From: Acidobacteriota bacterium
GTDB lineage: Bacteria > Acidobacteriota > Vicinamibacteria > Vicinamibacterales > CAVVIG01
Length of the DNA: 64,000 nucleotides
Direction of reading: 5' to 3'
Assembly: GCA_046728115.1 (NCBI GenBank)
Contig: JBKPDW010000049.1
Span: 4,482-68,481 of the forward strand
In this document: positions 8,384 through 17,970 of the stretch, in pieces
How the letters are laid out: every line of letters starts with the position of its first letter
How positions within the stretch are numbered: position 1 is the first letter of the stretch
The notes under the pieces: generated by a model
The model's database searches: none
The model's input: the letters and a program-made list of their open reading frames with translations, nothing else
Told to the model about the DNA's origin: nothing
Made by a program: the position numbers and the translations under genes

Positions 8384-9358
8384 ATGTCCATGGCTGGAAA
8401 AGTGCTCGTCGCCGACGATTACGGGCCGAATCTGTCGGGGCTCCGCCTGCTCCTTCAAGCCGCCGGCTACGATGTGCTGACCGCCTCGAACGGCAGCGAG
8501 GCCTTGCGAATGGCGCGGCACGACGCGCCCGATGTCGTCCTGCTCGATGTCGTCATGCCGGGCATGTCGGGTCTGGACGTGTGCGCGTCGCTCAAGCAGT
8601 CGAAGGCCACGCAGCTGACGCCCGTCGTCCTGATCAGCGGCGGCCGGGCGCGCGACACGCGTCTGGCCGGACTCGACGCCGGGGCGGACGACTTCCTCAA
8701 CAAGCCGGTCGATCCCGACGAACTCTACGCACGTGTGCGCGCGCTCATCCGGCTCAAGAAAGCAACCGATGCGCTCGAGTCGGCGGAAGCGCTGTTTCTC
8801 GCGCTCGGCCGCATCATCGAAGCGCGCGATTCCTACACAGAAGGCCACTGTGAGCGCCTGGCGGAGTACGCGATCGCGTTGGGCTCGAGCCTGGCTCTGC
8901 CACAATCGGATCTCGACGCGTTGTATCGCGGTGCCTTCCTGCACGACATTGGCAAGATTGCCATCCCCGATCGTGTGCTGTTGAAGAAGGGAAAGTTGAC
9001 GCGTCAGGAATACGCTCTGATGAAGCAGCATCCGGCGATTGGCGACGAGCTGTGCCGAACGGTCAGGTCACTCGATCCGGTGCGCCCGGTCATCCGGTCG
9101 CACCACGAGCGCCGCGACGGACGCGGCTACCCGGATCAGCTGGCCGGCGACGACATACCGCTGCTGGCGCGCATCGTGAGCGTCGTGGACGTCTTCGACG
9201 CCTTGACTACGGATCGCCCGTACCGAAAGGGCATTCGACGTTCGGCGGCATACAAGGTGATGATGGACCAGGCGCGAGGCGGCGGGTGCGATTGCGCTCT
9301 GGTCGAGGCCTTCATCGAGGTGCATCGTGCCGGCGAGTTCCGCCGAGCGGCGTCGTGA
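8384..9358 (+). CDS. response regulator (REC) fused to an HD-GYP domain (c-di-GMP phosphodiesterase type, RpfG-like)
   Basis: REC: KVLVADDYGPNL...DVVLLDVVMPGMSGLDV...DFLNKPV. HD-GYP: FLHDIGKIAIP ... SHHERRDGRGYPDQL. The start could also be 8390 or 8342. No histidine kinase is adjacent. Confidence 0.85.
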   Translation: MSMAGKVLVADDYGPNLSGLRLLLQAAGYDVLTASNGSEALRMARHDAPDVVLLDVVMPGMSGLDVCASLKQSKATQLTPVVLISGGRARDTRLAGLDAGADDFLNKPVDPDELYARVRALIRLKKATDALESAEALFLALGRIIEARDSYTEGHCERLAEYAIALGSSLALPQSDLDALYRGAFLHDIGKIAIPDRVLLKKGKLTRQEYALMKQHPAIGDELCRTVRSLDPVRPVIRSHHERRDGRGYPDQLAGDDIPLLARIVSVVDVFDALTTDRPYRKGIRRSAAYKVMMDQARGGGCDCALVEAFIEVHRAGEFRRAAS

Positions 9359-9364
9359 CCGTTC

Positions 9365-11065
9365 TCATCCTGCGTGCGCGCGGTATTCGACGGGATCAAT
9401 AGGCACCTCGATTACCGCCGGAACGTCGAGAAGCTGTGCCTCCTTGACGGCTTCCTCGAGCTCGTCGAGGGTCGTTACCCGGCGACTCCATGCACCGAAG
9501 GCGGCGGCCGCGGCGGCGAAATCGATGTCGCCGTACCGAACGCCGTAGTCCACATAGCCGCGTCGCTGCTGGGCGACCTGAATCAGGCTGAGGGCGTTGT
9601 CGTTGTAGACGACGGTGACGAAAGGGATCCGCCGTCTCACGCAGGTTTCGATGTCCGCGAACACCATTGCGAAACCGCCGTCGCCCATCGTGCACAGTAC
9701 CGGGCGGTCCGGCATCGCGAGCTTCGCGGCCATCGCGGCCGGAAGGCTGTAGCCCATCGCGGACAGGCCATTCGACTCGAGGAACGTCATCGGCCGGGTG
9801 CTGCGCCAGGCCTGCGACACAATCAGCTTGATGGACCCGACATCGGTCGTGATGATCGTTTCCGGCGGAAACAGATCCCGCAGCCGCCGAGTGACGTCGA
9901 GCGCGGATAATCCTTTCTTTCCTTCCCGCCCGTCCAACCCCTGCTGGCGGTCAAACCCTTCCTGCCCGTCATGCCGATGCCGTCTTTCCTTCCCGTCCCG
10001 CACTTCCTGCTCCTGTCGCCCACGCAGCGTTGCTTCCAGCCGCATGCGAAACGCGGCTTCGTCTGCATCCGTCCACTCGAACGGTTCATACGGCCGATCG
10101 GCGAGGGCATTCAACGACGCGACGGTGTCGCCGATCAGCTCGAGCGCCGGGCGGTACTGGCCGGACGCAATCGACACCGGCGCAATCGACACCAGCTTCA
10201 TTGTCTTGTGCCAGACCTTGTCGGATTCGACCGGATCGAATCCGACGCCGATCAGGAGATCAGCCTGCGCGAAGAAGTCGACGATGACCGCGTCGGCGGC
10301 GAGACCGCTGCAGACGGCGAAGTAGCGCGCGTGATCCTCGGGCAGAATGCCTTTGGCCTTTGGCGTCACGAAGACCGGCGCGTTCAACGCCTCGACGAAT
10401 CGACGGACGGCGGGTGGATCCGCGTGCGGATTCAGATCCAGTCCGAGGACTACGATCGGCCGGCGCGCGCGCGCGATCTCGTCACGCAGGCGCGCAATCG
10501 CGTCCGGTTTCGGCGCCGGTGGCGGATCCGGTGAGAGGCTGACCATTGCCGGATCCTCGGCCTGGCGATCGGGCGTTCGCGCGACATCGCTTGGCAGGGC
10601 AAGATGCACAGGCCCGAACCGTGGTGTCATCGCCGACTGCCAGGCGTGCCGCACCGTGGCAGCGGTATTGACGCCGTCGAGCGTGATCGTCTGTTTCGTG
10701 AACGGACGAAACACAGCATTCAGATCCAGCTGCTGATGCGTGGCGTATGGCGCAGCCGTCGTCGACATGGTGGCCGTAATCGCGATGAGCGATGAGCGAT
10801 CGAGATACGCGTTGGCCACGCCGAGCGTCAGGTTCAAGGCTCCAGGGCCAAGCGTCGAGACACAGACGCCAGGCTTGCGTTCGATCTGGCCAGACGCATC
10901 GGCCATGAAAGCCGCCACCGCCTCGTGGCGGACGAGAATAAATTCAATGCCGACCTTGCGCGCGGCCTCGATGAAGTCGAGGATTTCACCGCCAGGGAGT
11001 CCGTACATGCGAGTGATTCCGGCGTCGCGGAGCGTGGAGGCGAGGACATCGGCGACAGTTGGCAT
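9365..11065 (-). CDS. thiamine-pyrophosphate-dependent enzyme (acetolactate-synthase-large-subunit-like) with a charged repeat insert
   Basis: N-terminal TPP pyrimidine-binding domain: MPTVADVLASTLRDAGITRMYGLPGGEILDF...VRHEAVAAFMADASGQ. C-terminal PP-binding motif: GDGGFAMVFADIETCVRRRIPFVTVVYNDN. There is an unusual insert at about aa 348-386. Confidence 0.85.
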   Translation of the reverse strand: MPTVADVLASTLRDAGITRMYGLPGGEILDFIEAARKVGIEFILVRHEAVAAFMADASGQIERKPGVCVSTLGPGALNLTLGVANAYLDRSSLIAITATMSTTAAPYATHQQLDLNAVFRPFTKQTITLDGVNTAATVRHAWQSAMTPRFGPVHLALPSDVARTPDRQAEDPAMVSLSPDPPPAPKPDAIARLRDEIARARRPIVVLGLDLNPHADPPAVRRFVEALNAPVFVTPKAKGILPEDHARYFAVCSGLAADAVIVDFFAQADLLIGVGFDPVESDKVWHKTMKLVSIAPVSIASGQYRPALELIGDTVASLNALADRPYEPFEWTDADEAAFRMRLEATLRGRQEQEVRDGKERRHRHDGQEGFDRQQGLDGREGKKGLSALDVTRRLRDLFPPETIITTDVGSIKLIVSQAWRSTRPMTFLESNGLSAMGYSLPAAMAAKLAMPDRPVLCTMGDGGFAMVFADIETCVRRRIPFVTVVYNDNALSLIQVAQQRRGYVDYGVRYGDIDFAAAAAAFGAWSRRVTTLDELEEAVKEAQLLDVPAVIEVPIDPVEYRAHAG

Positions 11066-11070
11066 AACGA

Positions 11071-11158
11071 GGTTCGTAGGTTCGTAGGTTCGCGGGTTCG
11101 CAGGTTCGCGGTTCGGGAACTTTCGAATCCACGAACTCGCGAACCCTCGAACCTCGCC
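11071..11158. repeat. GGTTCG octamer array followed by inverted CGAAC units (imperfect long palindrome) in a divergent promoter region
   Basis: GGTTCGTA GGTTCGTA GGTTCGCG GGTTCGCA GGTTCGC GGTTCGG (11071-11116), then ...CACGAACTCGCGAACCCTCGAACCTCGCC. The outer GAGGTTCG (11069-11076) is complementary to CGAACCTC (11148-11155). Confidence 0.75.
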
Positions 11159-11165
11159 ATCAAAC

Positions 11166-11171
11166 TATAAT
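11166..11171 (+). promoter_or_regulatory. perfect TATAAT hexamer, candidate -10 for the GNAT gene
   Basis: TATAAT at 11166-11171 lies 61 bp upstream of the GTG at 11233. No convincing -35 was found. Confidence 0.3.
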
Positions 11172-11232
11172 CCGACGGCGCGATGGAAAGCCGACCGAGC
11201 TTCATGGCGGTGCGTGTCGCGCGCGTGGACGC

Positions 11233-12069
11233 GTGACTCATATGGCGGGACCCGGAGGCTATCCATTCGCAGATCTGGCGCTCGCGCGCCGGCTCGAACG
11301 AACGGAGGGCGTGGCCAGTTCGCGTTCGATCGAAGCACGCGCCAGCATCGCGCCCGAGCGCGGCGCGTGCTGGATCGAAGTGGCCGGAACGCTGGCGATG
11401 TTCGATGGTCCGACGTCACCGCTGACGCAGACGTTCGGCCTCGGGATGTTCGAGCCCGTCACGGAAACGGCGCTCGATCAGATCGAAGCGTTCTTTCGCG
11501 ACCGAGGCGCGCCGTCTTTCCACGAAATCAGCCCGCTTGCGCACGAATCCACGGTCGCGCTGCTGAACGCGCGGAGGTATCAGCCGTTCGAGTTCACCAG
11601 CCTGATGTATCGATCGATTGCGGACTGGAGCTCGCCGCCTCCGTCCAATCCGGCGGTCCGCGTGCGGATAATCGCGCCGGATGAATCGGAGGTCTGGGCG
11701 CGAACGGCGATGGCGGGATGGAGTGACTATGCGTCTCTCGGTGACTTCATGCTCGGCATGGGGCGCATGAATGCGGCGACCCACGGTGCGCGATCGTATC
11801 TGGCCGAGCTCGACGGCCGGCCGATTGCGACGGCCAGCCTCCGCATCCACGACGGCGTCGCATTTCTCGCCGGTGCGGCCACGATCCCGTCGGCGCGACG
11901 CTGCGGGGCGCAACTGGCGCTGCTCGATCGCCGTCTCCGCGATGGCGTCGACGCCGGCTGCGATATCGCCATGATGGGCGCGGCGCCGGGAAGCGCCTCG
12001 CAGCGCAATGCCGAACGCCACGGATTTCGGATCGCTTACACACGCGTGAAGTGGAGAGCAGCACCTTGA
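11233..12069 (+). CDS. GNAT-family N-acetyltransferase (two-domain type)
   Basis: The C-terminal half ...GRPIATASLRIHDGVAFLAGAATIPSARRCGAQLALLDRRLRDGVDAGCDIAMMGAAPGSASQRNAERHGFRIAYTRVKW fits the GNAT acetyl-CoA binding core. An alternative start is ATG 11242. Confidence 0.7.
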   Translation: MTHMAGPGGYPFADLALARRLERTEGVASSRSIEARASIAPERGACWIEVAGTLAMFDGPTSPLTQTFGLGMFEPVTETALDQIEAFFRDRGAPSFHEISPLAHESTVALLNARRYQPFEFTSLMYRSIADWSSPPPSNPAVRVRIIAPDESEVWARTAMAGWSDYASLGDFMLGMGRMNAATHGARSYLAELDGRPIATASLRIHDGVAFLAGAATIPSARRCGAQLALLDRRLRDGVDAGCDIAMMGAAPGSASQRNAERHGFRIAYTRVKWRAAP

Positions 12070-12152
12070 ACCTTACGGCGAGATACTCACATTCTTGAAC
12101 GACGCTAGCCCGGCCGTATTTCGAATAGTGTCCACCGCGTCGCAGACACGCC

Positions 12153-12192
12153 TTGACATTCTAGGTGAGCGTCCGCATACTCACCTAGAATG
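12153..12192 (+). promoter_or_regulatory. sigma70-like promoter overlapped by a perfect 13-bp inverted repeat (candidate PadR operator); leaderless start
   Basis: TTGACA (12153-12158), a 17-bp spacer, then CATACT (12176-12181). CATTCTAGGTGAG (12157-12169) is the exact reverse complement of CTCACCTAGAATG (12180-12192), with a 10-bp spacer. The padR ATG (12190-12192) is the last 3 nt of the right arm, and there is no SD upstream. Confidence 0.6.
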
Positions 12193-12525
12193 TCTACCGA
12201 AGAGCGTCTGGAACTGCTTCAAGGTACGCTCGACCTGCTGATCATGCAGTCGCTGCGCCGCGGTCCGGCGCACGACCACGCGATCATGCAGGCGATCGAA
12301 CGCAGGTCGGGGTCGGTCCTCCACGTCGAACAGGGATCGCTCTATCCGGCGCTGCACCGTCTGATCAAGCGCGGCTGGATCACCTTCGAACACGGCACGT
12401 CAGAAAACAACCGCCGAGCGAAGTACTACAAGCTCACCGCCAAGGGGCTGAAGCAGCTCGCGGTCGAGACCTCCAATTGGGAAAAGCTCGCAAGTGCCAT
12501 CGCTCGCGTTCTGAGGCCGGCATGA
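12190..12525 (+). CDS. PadR-family transcriptional regulator (acidobacterial type, ADOP-linked)
   Basis: [33 protein letters not shown]...[19 protein letters not shown]...[12 protein letters not shown] is a winged-helix PadR signature matching the TIGR03433-type regulators found next to ADOP genes. Confidence 0.9.
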   Translation: MSTEERLELLQGTLDLLIMQSLRRGPAHDHAIMQAIERRSGSVLHVEQGSLYPALHRLIKRGWITFEHGTSENNRRAKYYKLTAKGLKQLAVETSNWEKLASAIARVLRPA

Positions 12526-15125
12526 TCTGGCGACGCCGCCGGGCGCTCGACGATCTCGACGAGGACATTCGCGAACATCTTGCGCGTGAAACAGAAGAGA
12601 ATATCGCGCGCGGCGTGTCGCCAGAAGCGGCAGACGCGGCGGCGCGCCGCGCATTCGGCAGCGTCACACGAATCAAAGAGGACACGCGAGCGGTGTGGGT
12701 GCCGATCTGGGCGGACCAACTCCTACAGGACGCCCGCTACGCGCTGCGGCTCGTTCGTCGAAGTCCAGGCTTCGCATCGCTCGTCGTCGCTACCCTCGCC
12801 CTCGGCATTGGTTTGACGACCGCCGTGTTCAGCGTCGTCAACGCGGTGTTGCTGCGGCCGCTGGCGTACCGAGATGGCAGCCGGCTGATCTGGATCGTGA
12901 CGTACGACGATCGGGTACCGATGATCGAGGTCGTGTCCGCGCCGGATTTCGTGGCTTTCCATGACGACGCATCGACCCTCGAGCGCGTTGTCGCCTTCGA
13001 CGTCAGCATGGAACGGGTCACGGCGAAAGACGGCGTCGTGGCGACGCGAGTGGCGACAGTGTCGAGCGACTTCTGGGACCTCGCCGGCGCGACGCCGGCG
13101 CTCGGCCGGCTGCCTTCGACGAACGAGGACGCGATCGTGCTGTCGCACGCATTCTTCGAAAGCGCATTCAACGGCGACCCAACCCTGGTCGGACGAATGG
13201 TCACGGTCAACGATCGGCAGGTGCTCATCGCCGGCGTTCTGCCGCGAACATTTCGTCCGCAGCTGCCCGCGCCGGCCGCTGTCTCGCAGCTGCCGCCCAG
13301 CGAGGTCGAGGCGTATCACGCAACGACGATCCAGCCGCCGTCGCCGACCGACCTCGGCGTCCGGCTGTTCTACGTGATCGCGCGGACAAGGCCTGGAGTC
13401 ACCGTCGCCCAAGTGACGAGCGAACTCGAGACGCTGCGCGCGGACGTTCAGCGCGCCTATCCGAAGCTCCCGTCCGCGCCTCGACTGAGAGTGACGCCGT
13501 TCGCGGACGTCCTCGTCGGACAGGCGCGGCGCCCACTGTTGATTCTGTTCGGCTGCGTCCTCCTCGTCTTGACGATCGCGTGTGTCAACATCGCGAGCCT
13601 GCAACTCGCACGCGCGTCGGCACGGCACAAGGAAGTGGCCGTGCGCGCGGCCATCGGCGCCGGACGCGGACGCGTGCTGCGGCAGTTTGTCGTCGAAAAC
13701 CTGCTGCTCGCTTCGGCCGGCGGCATCGTCGGGCTGCTTGTCGCTCGCGCCGCCGTGTCGTCGATGGTTCAACTGCTGCCGTATGCGATTCCGCGCCTGA
13801 CCGAAACGACGATCGACGCCCGCGTGCTGACGTTTGCCAGCATCGCGTCGGTCGTAACCGCGCTTGCCTGCGGGATCGCGCCGGCTGCCGCGTTTCGGCG
13901 GATGAACGTGCAGGATGCGCTCAAGGACGGTACGCGGATGACCACGGCTCCGCCGCGAGCGCTGCGCGCACGTCGCGCGCTCGTCACGGTCGAACTCGCG
14001 CTCGCGTCGGTCCTCGTCGTTGCAGCCATGTTGCTGGTCAAGAGCCTTTGGCGAATCACTGCATATCCCGCGGGCTTTGACCCCGAGCATGTGCTCACAC
14101 TGAAGGTGCAAATGTCCGGTCCGGCGTACCGCACGCCGGAAAGAAAGCGCGCGTACCTCGACGAGGTGCTGCAACGGACCGGAGCCGTACCCGGCGTGCT
14201 CGCAACGGGCGTCTCATCGGCTGCGGTCGCGCGAACCCGTCTCATCCGCCAGGACGGCCGGCCCATGTCGATCCTCGATCGTCCGATCGTTCGTCTGAAC
14301 GTCACGTCGGCGGGATACGCCGCGGCAATCGGCATGCGCATCGTCGAAGGACGATGGATGACCGACGCTGAACCGTCGGCTGTGTTTGTGATCAACGAAG
14401 CGCTGGCGCGTCGATACTTCCCTGGCGAGAACCCGATCGGTCGGCGTCTGCTGCTTCCGAACGGACCGGATCCCGCACGCGCGATCCCTGTCCCTATCGT
14501 CGGGATGGTCGCCGACCTCCGCATTGCGGATCTCGAATCGGCCATCGAGCCGGAGCTGTTCCTCGATTACCGTCACGGCAATCCGTTTGCGATGACGGTC
14601 AGTGTGCGAACGACAGGCGATCCTCTGCACGTCGCGCCGACGGTCCGGGCGAAGCTGGCTGCGATCGACCCGACACAAGCGTTGTTCCAAGTGAAGCGCC
14701 TCGACACCGCGCTCATCGACTCGATTGCCCCGCGGCGAATGACGTTGACGTTGCTCGCGGTGTTCGCCGGATCAGCGCTGCTTCTCGGCGTCATCGGCAT
14801 CTATGGCGTGATGGCGTATTCGGTCGCGCAGCGGACGCAGGAGATCGGCGTTCGAATGGCTCTCGGGGCCACGCGACAAGCAGTTCTGATGATGATCATG
14901 ACACAGGGCATTCGATTGACAGCCGCGGGTGTCGCGGTCGGAGCGGTTTCCGCCGCCGGGACGAGTCGAGTGCTGACAAGCCTCTTGTACGACATCCAGC
15001 CGACCGACGGCGCCTCGTTCGCTGTTGCGTGTGTCGGCGTCGCAGCGACGGCGATCGCGGCGTGCAGCCTTCCTGCGATAGCGGCTTCTCTGGTGGATCC
15101 CGTCGTAGCGCTGCGATGTGAATAA
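12522..15125 (+). CDS. ADOP-family duplicated FtsX/MacB-like permease with N-terminal cytoplasmic prefix domain
   Basis: ATG 12522 overlaps the padR stop (ATGA, 12522-12525). The prefix is [59 protein letters not shown]. It is followed by [45 protein letters not shown], two FtsX blocks, and the ending ..[11 protein letters not shown]. Confidence 0.9.
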   Translation: MIWRRRRALDDLDEDIREHLARETEENIARGVSPEAADAAARRAFGSVTRIKEDTRAVWVPIWADQLLQDARYALRLVRRSPGFASLVVATLALGIGLTTAVFSVVNAVLLRPLAYRDGSRLIWIVTYDDRVPMIEVVSAPDFVAFHDDASTLERVVAFDVSMERVTAKDGVVATRVATVSSDFWDLAGATPALGRLPSTNEDAIVLSHAFFESAFNGDPTLVGRMVTVNDRQVLIAGVLPRTFRPQLPAPAAVSQLPPSEVEAYHATTIQPPSPTDLGVRLFYVIARTRPGVTVAQVTSELETLRADVQRAYPKLPSAPRLRVTPFADVLVGQARRPLLILFGCVLLVLTIACVNIASLQLARASARHKEVAVRAAIGAGRGRVLRQFVVENLLLASAGGIVGLLVARAAVSSMVQLLPYAIPRLTETTIDARVLTFASIASVVTALACGIAPAAAFRRMNVQDALKDGTRMTTAPPRALRARRALVTVELALASVLVVAAMLLVKSLWRITAYPAGFDPEHVLTLKVQMSGPAYRTPERKRAYLDEVLQRTGAVPGVLATGVSSAAVARTRLIRQDGRPMSILDRPIVRLNVTSAGYAAAIGMRIVEGRWMTDAEPSAVFVINEALARRYFPGENPIGRRLLLPNGPDPARAIPVPIVGMVADLRIADLESAIEPELFLDYRHGNPFAMTVSVRTTGDPLHVAPTVRAKLAAIDPTQALFQVKRLDTALIDSIAPRRMTLTLLAVFAGSALLLGVIGIYGVMAYSVAQRTQEIGVRMALGATRQAVLMMIMTQGIRLTAAGVAVGAVSAAGTSRVLTSLLYDIQPTDGASFAVACVGVAATAIAACSLPAIAASLVDPVVALRCE

Positions 15126-15352
15126 TGCGTATGGCGCGCGATAGTCGTAATCAGAAACGCCGATCTGATTCCGGCAGGCCAGTCGATACATTCGTCCGTG
15201 GTAGGCGACTACTCAGGAGAATTCTGCCGGGCAGCTGCCGCCACCACCAATTGGCACTGCACTGGTAGCCCAGGAATCACGCACCGAGTAAGAGGGAACA
15301 GCGTGTGGGGTCAGCCACTTGTTCAGCACGCCTGTTGAGCCAAACGGCGCCG

Positions 15353-17968
15353 TCACTCGTGCCGCAGGGCTTCCATGGGATCCACGCGTGACGCGCGACT
15401 GGCGGGCACGTAGCAGGCTACAAGGGCGACCACCACCCAGATGACAGCTGCGGCGACGTGCGTGGAAGGCGTACCCGGGCGGATGCCGGCCTGCACCGAG
15501 GCGAGCGCGCGCGTCGACGGGATCGCAAGGACTTCACCGATGACGACGCCTGCGACCACGATCGCGAGACCGTGCAACACGACATCGCGAAAAATCTCAC
15601 CGCGCCCCGCGCCCAACGCCATCCGAACGCCGATTTCCTGTGTCCGAAGACTTACGCGATACGCGATCACCCCGTAGAGACCGATGGCTGCAAGCACCAA
15701 CGCGAGCAGGCCGAAACCAGAGAGGACTGTCGCCATCCAGCGAACGCTTGTGAACGACCTATCGATGTAGGTGCTGAGCGGCTCCACCGCATACACGCGG
15801 ATGCTCTGCCCCATACCGAGAAGGGTTTCGCGCACTGCCGGCACCATGCTCGCCGAGTCCGTGCCGGTCTGGAGCAATACGGCTGTGAGGCCACCGGAGT
15901 ACTGACGCGTGAACGGTCGATAGAATCGCGGCTGGGGAGGTTCGCCCACGGCGCGGACGGCCGAGTCGCGCACGACGCCGATCACGATCGATGCTTGAGA
16001 GGCCTGACAGCCGATCAAGACGCGTTCGCCAATTGGAGAGGTGTTGGGCCACAGGTGTCTCGCGAGACTTTCCGTGATGATGGTCGTGGATGTTTCGCGT
16101 GGCAGATCGATCGACGTGAAGTCGCGGCCTGCAATCATCCCGATGCCCATCGTCTGGAAGTACCCCTGATCGATCTCATTGGTCGAAACATGCAGCTGCG
16201 GGCCGCCGGACAGCGATGCGCAATCGGTTCCGGCCGGCATCAACGGCAACGCTGACGTTTGTGAGGCGTTCAGCACGCCGGGCAATGCTCGCAGGCGGTC
16301 GAGCGCCTGTGCGTAGAGTGCGCGGCGGGCCTCGGGTGTCGACGCCGAGGGAAAGTAGATGTACGCGTAGAGCCGGCCGCTGACGGTGAAGCCCGGATCG
16401 GTGACTTGCAGCCGCCGCAGCGACGCGATCACGCTGCCCGCGATGAGGAGCAACACGAACGAGAGCATGACCTGTGCGACAAGCCCGAAGGGACGCCGAC
16501 GCCGAACTGAGCCCCCAACCTGCCCCTTAAATCCTGCGACTCCGCTGATCTGCGATCCCCGCCACGCGGGTACCAGCCCGCAGATCAGCGTTGTTGCGAG
16601 CGAGAGGATCGTCGCAAACGCGATCACGCGTCCGTCGAGCGACAGATCCAGCTCGATGGGAAAGGTCGATCGCATCGAGGGCATGACGTGTTCGAGGATT
16701 CTGGTCGTCCAGAGTGCGAGTAAGAGACCACTCGCGCCGCCGCCGAGAGCCAGCACGAGGCTTTCGGTCAGCAGTTGGCGCAGCAGACGCGATTTCGTGG
16801 CGCCAAGTGCCCGTCGCACTGCCAGTTCGCGCTGGCGCAGCGATCCGCGCACGAGCAGGAGATTGCCGACGTTCACGCACGCGATCAGCAGAACAAGGCC
16901 GACGACGATCATGAGCAGCGATGCGCTCAGGCTGACGAGGCGCCGGCCACCGGGATTGGGGATTCCACGTATCGGTTCTGCCACAATCGGCGGCAGCGGT
17001 TCCGTTGATACGTCATGCTCGGCGACGAGTTGTGCTTCGATGCCATTCAGTTCGGCTGACACCTGTCCCGGCGTCGCGTCCGAGCGTAGGCGGCCGAAGA
17101 CCATCACGAGCCGGCGCGACCGGTTGTCGAGCATCGCCGTCAGTGTCGGGCGTGTCCGCATCGGCACCCAGATGTCCGTGCGATACGGTGCGAAGATCCC
17201 AGTGAAAGCCCGCGGTGCGACGCCCACGATCGTGTAGGACTGCGCCTCCGATCCGATGCTCCGCCCGAGCACATTCGCACTTCCGTCGAATCTGTTCTGC
17301 CACACCGCGTAGCTGATGACAGCCACTGGCTCCGTCTCGCTCGTGAACCAGCGTCCAAGGACGGGCGCAACGCCAAGCACGGCACCGTAGTTCGCGGACA
17401 CGACCTCGGCGACCACGAACTCGCTTACAGCATCGACTTCCAGATCCGATTCCATCGGGAATGATGCCGTGAGGCCCGAGAGAAGACGCCCGCGTGCCTG
17501 TAGATCCCGGAAGTCCGGATAGGAAAAGTTCGCAGTGGTTCCGCGACTGAGCATCAACAGGCCCGTAGGATCGGCGACGGACAACGGTCGAAACAGCACG
17601 CTGTTCAGCGCGCTGAAAATAGACGTATTGGCGCCGATGCCCAGGCCCAGACACAGTACCGCGAGCGCCGCGAAGCCCGGAGATCGGTTGACTTGTTGAA
17701 CGGTGTAACGGAAATCCTGAACGAGATCGGTCGCCCATGCGAGCGGCCACACCTCACGCGCTCGTTCCTTGGTCTGCTGAACACCTTGTAGGGCGAGGCG
17801 TGCCCGGCGTTCGGCTTCCATGCGGCTAAGCCCCAGGCGCTCGCCAGCGCGAGTCTCCATTTCAAGATGGAACGACAACTCGTCGTCCAGGTCGGCTTCT
17901 GCGCGGCCGCGTCTGACGAGGGGCAGTAATCGGGCGGGCAGAGCGTCAAGCCATCGCCTGAGGGTCAC
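15353..17968 (-). CDS. ADOP-family duplicated FtsX/MacB-like permease with N-terminal prefix domain
   Basis: I chose GTG at 17968..17966. It is preceded by AAGGAGG (complement of 17976-17982) at 7-nt spacing and starts 2 nt after the padR stop. The product begins (M)TLRRWLDALPARLLPLVRRGRAEADLDDELSFHLEMETR, then ..DFRYTVQQVNRSPGFAALAVLCLGLGIGANTSIFSALNSVLFRPL, and ends ..VDPMEALRHE. Confidence 0.9.
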   Translation of the reverse strand: MTLRRWLDALPARLLPLVRRGRAEADLDDELSFHLEMETRAGERLGLSRMEAERRARLALQGVQQTKERAREVWPLAWATDLVQDFRYTVQQVNRSPGFAALAVLCLGLGIGANTSIFSALNSVLFRPLSVADPTGLLMLSRGTTANFSYPDFRDLQARGRLLSGLTASFPMESDLEVDAVSEFVVAEVVSANYGAVLGVAPVLGRWFTSETEPVAVISYAVWQNRFDGSANVLGRSIGSEAQSYTIVGVAPRAFTGIFAPYRTDIWVPMRTRPTLTAMLDNRSRRLVMVFGRLRSDATPGQVSAELNGIEAQLVAEHDVSTEPLPPIVAEPIRGIPNPGGRRLVSLSASLLMIVVGLVLLIACVNVGNLLLVRGSLRQRELAVRRALGATKSRLLRQLLTESLVLALGGGASGLLLALWTTRILEHVMPSMRSTFPIELDLSLDGRVIAFATILSLATTLICGLVPAWRGSQISGVAGFKGQVGGSVRRRRPFGLVAQVMLSFVLLLIAGSVIASLRRLQVTDPGFTVSGRLYAYIYFPSASTPEARRALYAQALDRLRALPGVLNASQTSALPLMPAGTDCASLSGGPQLHVSTNEIDQGYFQTMGIGMIAGRDFTSIDLPRETSTTIITESLARHLWPNTSPIGERVLIGCQASQASIVIGVVRDSAVRAVGEPPQPRFYRPFTRQYSGGLTAVLLQTGTDSASMVPAVRETLLGMGQSIRVYAVEPLSTYIDRSFTSVRWMATVLSGFGLLALVLAAIGLYGVIAYRVSLRTQEIGVRMALGAGRGEIFRDVVLHGLAIVVAGVVIGEVLAIPSTRALASVQAGIRPGTPSTHVAAAVIWVVVALVACYVPASRASRVDPMEALRHE

Positions 17969-17970
17969 CG

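Noticed and set aside
11117-11135. tRNA-like T-loop string TTCGAATCC
   Set aside because: There is no flanking T-stem, acceptor stem or anticodon arm. It is part of the GGTTCG/CGAACC repeat palindrome.
12723-14174. 483-aa minus-strand ORF inside the second ADOP gene
   Set aside because: Same antisense high-GC artefact. No recognisable motif, and the opposite strand has a full-length ADOP match.
15126-15352. 227-bp lower-GC spacer between the two convergent ADOP genes, examined for an sRNA, small ORF or gene remnant
   Set aside because: I found only a weak AT-rich hairpin (AATCAGA-N8-TCTGATT, 15149-15170) and a GGCAGCTGCC palindrome. There is no convincing ORF, promoter or homology signal.
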